Part shown: positions 35,201 through 47,200 of the stretch, piece after piece
Layout: every line of letters starts with the position of its first letter
Position numbering within the stretch: position 1 is the stretch's first letter
From: Camelus dromedarius
Lineage: Eukaryota
NCBI RefSeq assembly: GCF_036321535.1
Contig: NC_087452.1
Span: 34,348,001-34,412,000, forward strand
Direction: 5' to 3'
DNA: 64,000 nucleotides
Notes under the pieces: model-generated
What the model saw: only the letters and a program-made list of their open reading frames with translations
What the model was told of the DNA's origin: nothing
Databases searched by the model: none
Made by a program: the position numbers and the translations under genes

Positions 35201-38200
35201 CCCCAGGTGAGCTATTGACCCCCATGCCAGTGCCATCTAACCTGGGTTGTATGCCCCCTCCTGGTTTTGACTTGTCGCCCCTGGCCTCCACTACCCCTGC
35301 CCCTGCCCCTCCACCCCATCTCACATGACTCCTAATCTCGCTGATGCAGGCTTTAACCCTCAACCCCAGGGAACCATTTTTAGCTTTCTTATCCTGCTAA
35401 ACCAACCTTGACTTCCACTGATCTGGTGTCTCTCCTCCTGCTGAGTGTGACCCTTGCCAACCTAAATCCTGATCTTCTGTGATCCCCACCCCAGCCTCTA
35501 GCCCTTCAGCCATAATGCCCCTGCCCCTGCCCACCTGGATCAGCATTTCTACTCCTCTTTCCCAGGGACCACCGGGAGTTGCTGGACGTCCTGGAGCTGA
35601 GGGTCCTGAAGTGAGTGTGTAACTGTGGTGGGACCAGGAGTGGGGCTTTCATGTGTCCCTCCCCTCCTGGGCTCACGCTTTCTCCATGTGCAGGGGCCAC
35701 CAGGACCCACTGGCCGCCGAGGAGAGAAGGTGGGTCATGGATGGGCTGGGGGTCAGTCCCCTCCAGTGCCAGGGTTTGTGGCAGATGGAATACTAGGACC
35801 TTGGGTTTCTAGGTGTGTCCGTGACCACCCCTCCCCTCCCTGCTATCCTTTCTCCACAGGGGGAGCCTGGTCGCCCTGGAGACCCTGCAGTGGTGAGTGA
35901 AGGGAGGGTGGGGCTCTGAGTATAGCACAGCCCCTTGAGCCGTGACCTGTCTAGAAACCAGTGATCCAGGCTGTGACTCGATAACCTCGGGACCTGGGCA
36001 GACTCAGAGCTCTGTGGCTCTCCTTATGCTATAACACGCCTTCCAACTCCTGGCTGCAATCCTGTGACCCCATGACCGCCATACAGGTCGAAAGCCCTGT
36101 GTAACCCCTGCCCTCCTCCCAGCGGTGATCCTGTGACCTCTGAGCAGAGACTTCTAGTTCTGTATAACCCCAACCCTAATCAAGGCTGTGGTACTATGAT
36201 CCCTAGGGGGGACCAAGCCATGTCTCTCCTGTTTGTTTTCAGGGACCGATAGGTGCTGGAGCCAAAGGAGAGAAGGCAAGTCTGGCGAGAGTGAAGGGAG
36301 GCTGTTACAGGTTGAGCTCAAGGTCGTGGGGCCTACCTGGAGGCCCCTGGAGGTCATGAGGATTATGGCATGATTGCTGGCTGGTGGGGGTCACAGAGCC
36401 TGGGGCTGACACTGATGGTCTTTGTCACCTCTAGGGAGATGTGGGGCCGGCTGGGCCCAAAGGAGCTACTGGAGTCAAAGGAGAGCGGGTGAGTGCAGGG
36501 AAGTGTTTAGGGGGTAGGGCAGGTGAAAGTTGTGTCTCCTGACCTCTGACCCTTCCTCCCACAGGGCCCACCTGGCTTGGTTCTTTCTGGAGACCCTGGC
36601 CCCAAGGGAGACCCTGGAGACCGGGTGAGTAACTGGGGATAGGGAGTGTGACAGAAGGAGATGAGGTGGTGCCTGGGACTAAGCCCTGTCCTCCCTCCCC
36701 ATGCACTGCAGGGTCCCATCGGCCTCACTGGCAGAGCAGGACCCCCAGTGAGTACCTGTGATCTTGGGTGATATCACGATTTCTGGGGTCATCTCCCCTC
36801 AAGGGCTGGCTGGATGTGCAGCTTCACTCTTGCCTCCTCCACAGGGTGACTCGGGGCCTCCTGGAGAGAAGGGAGACCCTGGGCGGCCTGGTTCCTCAGG
36901 TCCTGTTGGCCCCCGAGGACGAGATGTAAGAGGATTGGACTGGGGGAGCTCTGGGGGATGAGGAGTAGGGTATTGCTGACATCATTCAGGGTTTGAGGAC
37001 CAGGGCTGACTCTCATGTCTCACAGGGTGAAGTTGGAGAGAAAGGTGACGAGGGTCCCCCGGTGAGACTCCTTCCTGCTGTGGTTTCTGATCCTTTACCC
37101 TTGAACTGTGATCCCAGTGGGCTGGGGGCTCCACCAGGTTGTCCAGTCCATCCCCCTGCCTCTTGTCCAGTTGATGCCCAGGACCTTCTCTGCCACCACT
37201 CCCTGAGTTAGCTTGAGACTAACTTGCTTGCTCAATGTGGCGTTCTCTCCATCACCAGGGTGACCCAGGTTTGCCTGGAAAAGCTGGCGAGCGTGGCCTT
37301 CGGGTGAGGCTTGGCAGGGAGAAGTAAGGGAAGTGATGGGAAACTCTGAGGGGAGAAAGGCTGATGGGAGAGTCCGGAGGGAGGTTGTGGTGATGGGAAA
37401 CTCTGGCATGGGTTTCAGGGTGATGGAGAACCTGGGGCAGTATGGGGTGTCATGGGGGAATCTACAAAATGCTGGGAAGGTCTGTCTCAGAAGAGCTGCT
37501 CTTTTCAGGGGGCACCTGGAGCTCGGGGGCCTGTGGGTGAGAAAGGAGACCAGGGAGATCCTGGAGAGGATGGACGAAATGTGAGTCCTGACCTCTGACC
37601 CCTAACCCCAGCTTCAATCCCCAACCATCTGATTCCCAGCCCCTGACCCTGCCACCCCCACCCTGCAATGCTAAACCCTCACAGTTTTCATTTCCTGTGA
37701 CCCCTTTGTCACAACCCCCAAAGGCCACCAGGATCCTCATGAGTCCTTAGGGTGAGTCCAAAGCTCCCCAAACTGTTGCTTCTTCTTCTTTGGGACCCTG
37801 ACCCTCTGACTTTCTGCAGGGGAGTCCTGGACTACCTGGACCCAAGGGCGACCGTGGGGAGTCAGTGAGTAGTTCTGTGTTCCAGGCTTGGTAGGGATGG
37901 AAGATTCCGGTGCCCGTCTGGTCAGCACTTCCATAAAGGGCCTGGAGGTCACGGTAGGGAGCCGTGGTGGCCACCTCCAGGCCTGACATGCCTTCTGGGG
38001 TTGGCATTGTGGTGCTTCAGGGAATCTGGGAGCAGAGTTGAGATTGGGGCAAATCTGAGCTGTGTCCTGGGGCCTTTGGGCTCCTGTTGACTATGATTAT
38101 TTCCTTCCCCAGGGTCCCCCAGGACCCCCTGGACGGCTGGTAAGGGTTGAGTGGGTCTGATCCTCTGTCATCTCCCTCACCTGCCTGTGCTGGCTTTGCA

Positions 38201-41200
38201 CAGTGTCCCCTTAACCCTTCCACTGACTCCCTCCCACCTCTCCTTCTGCCCCCTGGTATCTTCACTGATCCTGCAGCTCTGTCTCCCGTCCCTAGCCCAC
38301 TTCCCCTAGTTAAATAATTCTTCTCACTCGCCATTCCCCCCACAGGTGGACATGGGACTTGGAGCCGGAGAGAAGGTATCAGGTTCTGGGGGTGGAGTGA
38401 AGTTGTGAGCCTAGGAAAAGCATCTCAGTGCCCCCATGACAGGTTCTACCTTGGGCATGCCTGTGGCCCCGGTGCTGTTCCCTCAACACACTTGTCTCTG
38501 CCACAGGGAGAGCCTGGGAACCGTGGACAGGAGGGTCCTCGAGGACCCAAGGGTGACCCCGGCCCCCCTGGAGCCTCTGGGGAGAGGGTGAGTGTGGCTG
38601 GTCCTGTTGGGGATGTGTGGGCCTGGGAACGCCTGCTCTGATTTCTTCCTCCCCATCTGCAGGGCATCAGTGGACTTCGGGGGCCCCCAGGCCCACAGGT
38701 GAGTGACGCACTTTGCCCATCAGCCTAAGTCCCCATCTTGTCCTCACCTCTCACTGACCTTGTTCCCTTCAGGGGGACCCAGGTGTTCGAGGCCCAGCAG
38801 GAGAAAAGGTGAGAGGGCTGTGGAGCCCTGTTTTGGATGGTGAGCCTGGTCTCTCAGATCCAGCCCTTTGAAGCCTCTTACTATGCTTTTCCTCAGGGTG
38901 ACCGAGGTCCCCCTGGCCTGGATGGCCGCAGTGGGCTGGATGGGAAACCAGGAGCCCCTGGCCCCCCTGGGCTGCAGGTGAGTTGTGGTGGTCTCTACCT
39001 GGTCACATCCCTTCCCTTGTCCCTTTATATGAGCTCAGTCTCACCTGAGTCTTCTGGGTTCTTTTTTTTTCTTCAAAGTTACTGTAGTGAAGACTTCTTT
39101 TTTTTTCTTTTTGGTGAGTGGGTAATTAGGTTTATTTATTTATTTTTTTAGAGGAGGCACTGGGGATTGAACCTAGGACCTTGTGCATGCTAAGCAAGCG
39201 CTCTACCATTTGAGCTGTACCCTCCTCCCTGCTGGATCTTGATGAGCTTTGGGGCCAGATGGGTTACGTGTCTCCCCCTAGTACCCCGCCTGGGTGGGGG
39301 ATGTTACTGTCTGGCAAGCCTTGGGTTCACAGAAATTAGTGGCCCTGTCAGCAGGCAGTGCCCCTGACCCCATAACCAATGTGGACTCCCTGACTTTGAG
39401 TTTCTCCTCAGGGTGCTACGGGCAAGGCCGGGGACCCAGGGAGAGACGTAAGTAAGGGGAGATATTAGGATGGAAGGTGGCTCAGGGGTCCAGCTAAACT
39501 GTAGCTGGTCGTCATAGTCACAACGTCAGGGGGAGTTGGTCCAGCCCTGACCTTGGGAGAGTCCCAGTCCCTGCAGGCAGGTTTGATCGGAGTCCTGTTT
39601 ACTAACTGTCTCCGCCTTGGAGGCTTTAGTAGGCTCCTCAAATCCTCAGGTTCTTCCCTTGGGTGTTTCAGCAGGGGACCCCAACCCATGGGATCTCAAC
39701 CTTGGGATCTCAGTGGCACTTCTTAATTCTGAGGGAATCTCTACACCGGAGGAGGGTCTTAGTGAGATCCTCCAAATCCATGGATGTGCCCTAGGGGCTA
39801 TCTCAGTGGCCTTCTCAATCCAGCAAAGATTTTTTCCAGGGACTTCCAGGCCTCCGAGGAGAACAGGGCCTCTCTGGCCCCCCTGGCCCCCCAGGAGCAC
39901 CAGTGAGTCCCACTTTCATGGTACCCTTTTGCCCCCTTACTGCCCTCACCCCATCCCTGTCTTCTCACCAATGATCTGTTCCCACAGGGAAAGCCAGGCG
40001 AGGATGGCAAGCCTGGCCTGAATGGGAAAAACGTGAGTGTCAGGATAGACATGGAGAGATGCAGACACACTGGTGTGAAGCCACATTCAGGGACACTGGA
40101 GACATGTTGACACATAAACATCCCCACCCACACTCAGACACGTGCTATGATGCAGACCCGGGGCTGCATGTGGACCTCTGTAGAGACGTGGTGAGGCACA
40201 CATCCAAGGCTCTGACGTGTGATACATGCAGAGACATACCAACAGGTGCATTTGTATCCACGTTCACTCATATACATATGGCCACACGTATTGAGATGCA
40301 CACAGGACTCACAGATACCAAGACACACAGGCAATTCATAATTCTGCTTGGTCTGATGTGAGTCCTCTGCCTGCAGGGAGAACCTGGGGACCCTGGCGAA
40401 GACGGGAGGAAGGTAAAGCCCCTCGCTTGGAGTCTGCTCTGGCTCAGACTGGGGCCGTGTCTGAAGCACGCTTGTCTTCCTTAGGGAGAGAAGGGAGATT
40501 CGGGCCCCCCTGGGAGAGAAGTGAGTACTGGCATCTTCTGTAACCTCTGAACCATGACCCTGACCCTGTGACTCTGTGGCTCCACTCTTTTCTGGGGTCT
40601 CTGGGTCCTGATGCTGGCTGCATCTTCCACAGGGTCGTGATGGCCCCAAGGGTGAGCGTGGAGCTCCTGGCAGCCCTGGACTCCAGGGCCCCCCAGGCCT
40701 TCCGGGGCAGGTCGGCCCTCCTGGCCAGGTGAGTGTCCAGGGTGGTTCCAGGAGGGGCTGTTATGTTGCCATCAAATACCTTCCTGGAACACCGTGATCC
40801 TGTGTGACCTCTGTGTTCTGTCGCATGTCAGGGCTTTCCTGGCATTCCAGGAAATTCAGGCCCCAAGGTGAGTGTGCAGACACTGGGTTGGGGGTGTGGT
40901 GAGGGGCTTCCCAGGGTGGGGGCATTTTCCCCACTGGTCATTATTTGTTCTCAGGGTGACCGTGGAGAGACTGGACCCAAAGGAGAACAGGTGAGGCCCC
41001 CACCTTTTTCCCTTGTCCAGGTAACCCTAGCACCCACATATGCACACACATGCCCACAAGCTGGGTCCAGCAGCTTACCTCTCAATGTCTCCAGGGCCTC
41101 CCTGGAGAGCGTGGTCTGAGAGGAGAGCCTGGGAGCCTGCCGGTGAGTGCAGCTGGGGACCTGGTCCTTGACTGTTATTTGTGTGCCTATAGGGGCCACC

Positions 41201-44200
41201 TCTGTCCTCTTCCACTTGCCATGGGGCCCCACGGGTTCTGCCTTGTGTGCTTGGTCCCCTGCCCTGTTGGGATTCCTGCAGCCTACACCGAGGGGAACCT
41301 GGGCCCTGGGGACATGCCAAGGAAGGGCTTCCAGTGGACTTGAGCTCCTTCAACTGGGGGCTAAAAGGTCCTCTGGGCAAGAGGCCTGGGGAAGAGGGCA
41401 TGGAGGCTGTTTTGGGGGGCAGTGTTGGGTCTCCTTCTTTGCTGGCAGCCCCTCACCCAGTCTGTGTCCCCAGAATGTGGAGCGATTGCTGGAAAATATT
41501 GGCATCAAGGTAGGTTTGGGGACTCAGCGGGGGGCTGATGGGAGCCCCATGGGGCAAATTATGCCCACAGGACCAGGCCAGCACATGGGTGGCTGCAGTA
41601 ATGGGTGTGTTCTTCTGACCCCTCACTGTCACTCAGACGTCTGCACTGCGGGAAATTGTGGAGACCTGGGATGAGAGCTCTGGCAGCTTCCTGCCTGTGC
41701 CTGAACGGCGTCGTGGCCCCAAGGGGGACCCAGGGGAACGGGGCCCCCCAGGCAAGGAGGTGTGTGTTGGCTGCTTCCCGGGGGTGTCCTGCGGAGGATG
41801 TGGTTGACGAACCACCAGCATTTACTCTTCTCCTCCAGGGCCCCATTGGCTTTTCTGGAGACCGCGGGCCGAAGGGAGATCGTGGAGACCCTGGCCCTCA
41901 GGGGCCACCTGGCCTGTCCCTTGGGGAGAGGGGTCCCCCTGGACCTCCTGGCCTTGCCGGGGAGCCTGGGAAGCCTGGTATTCCTGGGCTCCCAGGCCGG
42001 GCTGGGAGTGTGGGAGAGGCAGGAAGACCAGGAGAGAGGGTGAGCCTGGGGGCTGCCTGGGGTGGCTGGGGATATGGGTCAGGAGGAGTGGGACTCCCCA
42101 TGGGCATAGCCCCCACCCTGTTATTTGCACTTCAGGGAGAACGGGGAGAGAAAGGAGAACGTGGAGAACAGGTGAGCTGGGGGCCTTCATAGGGAGGGAT
42201 TGCCTGTGGGCTGTGCAGGGACAGCCACCCATTTCCTCCTTTTGTGCAGGGCAGAGACGGCCCTCCTGGCCTCCCTGGACCCCCCGGGCCCCCTGGCCCC
42301 AAGGTGATCACCTCAGCCCTGCCCTAGGCCTTTGACTGCTGTCCCCAGGACACCACCATTGGCTTGGACTGCAGAAACTCCATGTGGTGACTCTGACTCC
42401 ATAACCCTCTGGGACATTGTGAATTGGGATGACCCCTCCAGGTCTCTGTGGCAGACACATCTCTTCCCTGTGACTTTCTGCTTATAGGTGACCGTGGACG
42501 AGGCAGGTTCTGGACTCTCTAGAGAACAAGGACCCCCTGGGCTCAAGGGTGCTAAGGTCAGTGTGTGGGATCAGTCTCAGGGTCACCCCCTACTGGGGTG
42601 CCAAGGCCCAGCTTGATGTGTCATCTCCACAGGGGGAGCCAGGCAGTGAAGGTGACCAAGGCCCCAAAGGAGACAGGGTGAGACCTCCCATCCCACCACG
42701 TTTCCCCTCCTCTGCGGGGGCATGGCGGGATGGCATGTACGTGGGCACGTGGCAGTGATGGAGGCTCAGGGCACGATACTCTGCTTGCAGGGTGTGCCAG
42801 GCATCAAGGGAGACCGGGGAGAGCCTGGACAGAGGGGTCAGGACGGCAGTCCGGTGAGTCCTCTCCCCAGGGACCACACATGTGCAGGCACATGGCTCTT
42901 ACTTGCGTTGCCTGGACTGGAGTTTGCCCTGCCTGGGACTGTCCCGGGGAAGCCGGGATAGGGGAATGAGGACAGTGTGGCCTTAAATGTGTTCTCTCTA
43001 GGGTCTACCAGGAGAGCGTGGTGTGGCTGGGCCTGAAGGGAAGCCGGTGAGTGGTGGCAGGAACAGCCTGGCCCAAGCTCTGGGAAACAGCCATCCTCTG
43101 CTGTATGCTGGCTGCTGTGTGCACACATCACAAGTGACCAGTGATGGGGGTGTGGTGCCTGGGTGCTGGGTGTGAGTGCAGATGCATGATAGATGTGTGT
43201 GCACAGGCCTGTGTGTGTTATTCATCAGAGCGGTCCACCAGTACAGAGTGACTTGTGCCTGGGAGAGGTGGAAGTGCAGAAATGGAAGCCCAGAGAGGTG
43301 GGGTGGCAGAAGTGGGTGCCCCAAGCAAAGGCTTCCAGAGGACAGGAACAGGCCCAAGTGAACCCACTGAGTCTCAGCAGCCCCTTTCTCTTTCCAGGGT
43401 CCTCAAGGTCTGAGGGGAACCCCTGGCCCAGTGGTGAGTATCCCAGAGTCTTTACCCCAGTGCCCAACCCCTACAATGGGCAGTACTGCCTACATTTCCT
43501 CAGTGGGGTGGGACTGGCTCCCCCTCATCTGGCTCTTCCTCCCTCCCACAGGGTGGCCACGGAGACCCTGGACCGCCTGGTGCCCCGGTGAGTGATGGGG
43601 AAGCACCGCTAGGTGGGGTGGGACAGATATTGGTCCCCATTGATGAACCAGGCCTTGTTTAAGTTAGTTCCAGAGTCCACATGGATAACTCTGACTCCTG
43701 TTCCCTGCCCTTGACACTTTTTTCTAGGGTCTTGCTGGCCCGTCAGGACCCCAGGGACCTTCTGGCCTAAAGGTGAGTACAGACATGTGTGGGTGTGTGT
43801 CTGGAAGGAGGAGGCAGCTTAGAGCAGCCTGTCTGCGCCAGGATAACACCTGCCTACCTCTGGGGACGTCATTGCCCTGCAATGTGCATATGCACCAAAG
43901 TGCCCCTTCCAATGTGAGCTCCGCTTTGGACGGGGCCTGAGGAGCCTCTCGTCTGTCTGTGGGGTCATTCAGTCTCTGGGTTTTTGGCAGGGGGAGCCCG
44001 GAGAGACAGGCCCACCAGGACGCGTAAGTGGCCCAGTCCTTGGGGTAGTCATGGGGGAATGGGGGGGAGTTGGCAGTGCCCTGAACTTTTGCTTCCCCCA
44101 GGGCCTTCCTGGACCAACTGGACCTGTGGGACTTCCTGGCCCCCCTGGTCCTTCAGGCCTTGTGGTGAGTGAGGCCCCTGCAGGAACATATCCCTTCCCT

Positions 44201-47200
44201 CTGGGTCCCATGCTCTCCATGTCCCTCTCACATCTGACTTGTTTCCTTCAGGGTCCTCAAGGGGCACCAGGTTTGCCTGGACAAGTGGTGAGTCCTGGGG
44301 GTGGGGGTCAGAGCTGGGCTCTAGAGGTCAGGGTCAGCGGGCAGGTCCCTGACAGAGCTCTCCCCTCTCAGGGGGAGACAGGGAAGCCGGGAGTGCCAGG
44401 TCGTGACGGTGTCAGTGGAAAAGATGGAGACAGAGGAGCCCCTGGTGTGCCGGTGTGTGTTCTTGGGGGGAGCAGGCCTGTGATGGGGCCCTGTGCCCAG
44501 CCATGTGCCTGGAGGAAGAGGAAGGCCAGGACAGGGTGGTGGAGAGGCACTGAGTTCCACCCACCGTTCTGTCATAGGGGTCCCCAGGTCTGCCTGGCCC
44601 TGTCGGACCTAAAGGAGAGTCTGGACCCATGGGGACCCCTGGACAGGTGATTTTTAATCCTGACCCCCACCTTCTGCAGCAGCTTCTTAGCCCCACACCC
44701 CCAGCCTAGTTTGGGGCTTCCATCAGGATGGCAGGGTCGGGGTGCGGAGAGGGTGAGAGGCCCGGTGACCCACCATGTGTTCCCCACAGGTTGTGGTCGG
44801 GCCCCCTGGAGCAAAGGGAGAGAAGGTGAGTGTGTGGGAGGCCGGGGGTAGGGGCAAGTAGTTGGGGCCGAGGAATCCCACTGACCCCTCTCCCTTGTCA
44901 GGGAGCTCCTGGAGGCCTTGCTGGAGACCTGGTGGGAGAGCCGGTGAGTGTGGACCCTCCACAGTATAGCTCACCCACCCCTGAGACCCTCACCTTCCAT
45001 AATACAACGCACATTTGACTGGGGCCTCATGCTCCCTCTTTGAGTCTCACCATCTGTGACCCTGACACCCACATTGCCCTCTGACCTCTGTCTCCACAGG
45101 GAGCCAAAGGTGACCGAGGATTGCCAGGGCCTCGGGGCGAGAAGGTGAGGTGGGCCTGGCCCCAGAGCCTGAGCACTGGGCTACAGTTGAGTGACCGGAC
45201 AGCCTCATCACCCTTTCTCTGCAGGGTGAAGCCGGCCGTGTGGGAGAGCCTGGAGACCCTGGTGAAGATGTGAGTCTGGGGTCTGGGCGAGTCTTAGTCT
45301 GGCTTGAAGAGTGTGGTCGTGGATGTGAAGGACCATTCCTGGACCTGTCTCAGTTCCTGTTCTTGTCTGCATTCCTGTATAGCTGCACTCGTGTCCTTGG
45401 TCTCATATGTCTGTGGTCACCTCTGAGCTTCCCTCTGACTGTGCACTCAGGAGTCTGTGGTCACCTCTGGGCTCTCCAGGAATGTTTTTGGGCTACACCT
45501 AAGCTCTGGGTTCATGTTCCTACTCTCTCAAGTGCTGTTTATGTTGTTTTTTCAGGGTCAGAAAGGGGCTCCAGGACCCAAAGGTCAAAAGGTATGTGTG
45601 CCCTAAAGCATCCCTGCCGGGGGTCATGGTCCTGAGACTCCCTGAGCCTAATCTGATCCCTCTTTGCCTTGAAGGGTGACCCAGGAGTTGCAGTCCAGGG
45701 GCCCCCTGGACCAGTTGGTCCTCCAGGTCTGAAGGTAAGTCAATGCCCTATTACTAGTGGTAGAGGGAGCAGCTTGTGGGGTAACCCTGGAGGTGAGAGG
45801 AAGAGTGTATTCTGGGGCTAGGCCTGGGAAAGGGTCCTGCTGGGGCCACTCCTCCCTTTGCTATCTCTGTTCCAGGGAGACTTAGGCCCCCCTGGACCTC
45901 CTGGTGCTCCTGGGATTGTGGGATTCCCTGGTCAGACAGGCCCTCGAGGAGAAATGGGTCAGCCGGGCCCCAGCGGAGAGCGGGTAAGGGTGCTAGGGCA
46001 CATGTGGGGACTTGGTGACTTCAGGACCTCTGGCTCTGGTCCAGGTGAGGAGGAGAAGGGGGCCCAGGCCTGCCTTGGGGGCTCCTAGTCTTGGGGGAAC
46101 AGCAGGGGAGAAAGGTTCCTAAGTCACCCTTTGCCTGTCATCTCATTTTTCCGGTAGGGTCTGGCAGGCGTCCCAGGGAGAGAGGGAGCCCCAGGCCCCT
46201 CAGGGCCACCTGGACCACCAGGGTCAGCGGTGAGTAGAAATGCACCAATGCCCATCTCTGATTCCTGTGTGTTGGAGTCTGTCCATGTGGGGGTTTATGT
46301 GTAGCTGGGTGTGTGTGTGCCTTTGAGGGACACAGGACCCTCACCTTTCTGCCCACAGGGAGCACTTGGCGCCCCTGGACTCAAAGGAGACAAGGTAGAT
46401 GGGACAATGCTATTGGCTGTCTCCTGTACCCCTGTCACCCCCTCCAGCCTCCACTGACCTCCATCACCCCACCTCCAACCTCCACCAACCTCCCATGACC
46501 CTCTGTCCCCCACCGCTTCCCCTCACTGATCCCCTGTGTCCTGTTGATCTCCAGGGAGACCCTGGAGCAGGGCTTCCCGGGGCCCGAGGCGAGCGTGGGG
46601 AGCCAGGTGTCCGGGTGCGTATGTTCTGCTCTGCCACCAGGGCCGTTGCTGGGAGCCACCTCAGGGCTCCCTTCATCAAGGCTCTTGCCTCTGATTTCCA
46701 ACTTCTGAGTCACTGAACCTAATGTCATTATCCAGGGTGAAGATGGCCGCCCTGGCCTGGAGGGACCACGAGGACTCCTGGTGGGTCCCCGTGGGGAAAG
46801 TGCTGTGGGTGTGACTCAGCTCAGTCCCCTACCTGTGCCCTCTGTGCCCTCAGGACATTCTGCAGCCTTCCGCATCCCTCTGGTTCTTGTCTGCTCACTG
46901 GTCTTTGTCTCTCCTGTTTCCCCAGTCCCCATTGGTCCTCCCCTGCCCCCTGAGCTGTCTCCGTGCTAGTCCCCCGAAATTCCCTTAGCTCACTGTCTTC
47001 TTCTCTCATACAGGGCCCCCCAGGCAGCCGGGGGGAGCGTGGGGAGAAGGTAAGGATGTGGGGAAGAGGCCCCTGGGATGAGTGTGTGCAGGGATGGATC
47101 CTATAATCATGATTTGGGGTTTCTGTGTTTGGGTGAAACTCACACTCTTCAACTTAATAGGGTGATGCTGGACCCCCAGGGCTAAAGGGTGAGAAGGTGA

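Noticed and set aside
33060-42303. Collagen exons shorter than human (exon 32 72 nt, exon 38 51 nt, exon 46 33 nt, exon 75 54 nt)
   Set aside because: All are in-frame whole-triplet or interruption-site differences. As I recall, mouse shares at least the exon 32 and 75 lengths, so they are probably not lineage novelties.
42521-42523. Arg at an apparent Gly position in COL7A1 exon 76 (GLSREQGPP)
   Set aside because: It looks like a Gly substitution relative to human, but it adjoins a natural helix interruption and I recall mouse also having Arg here. Needs an alignment before any disease claim.
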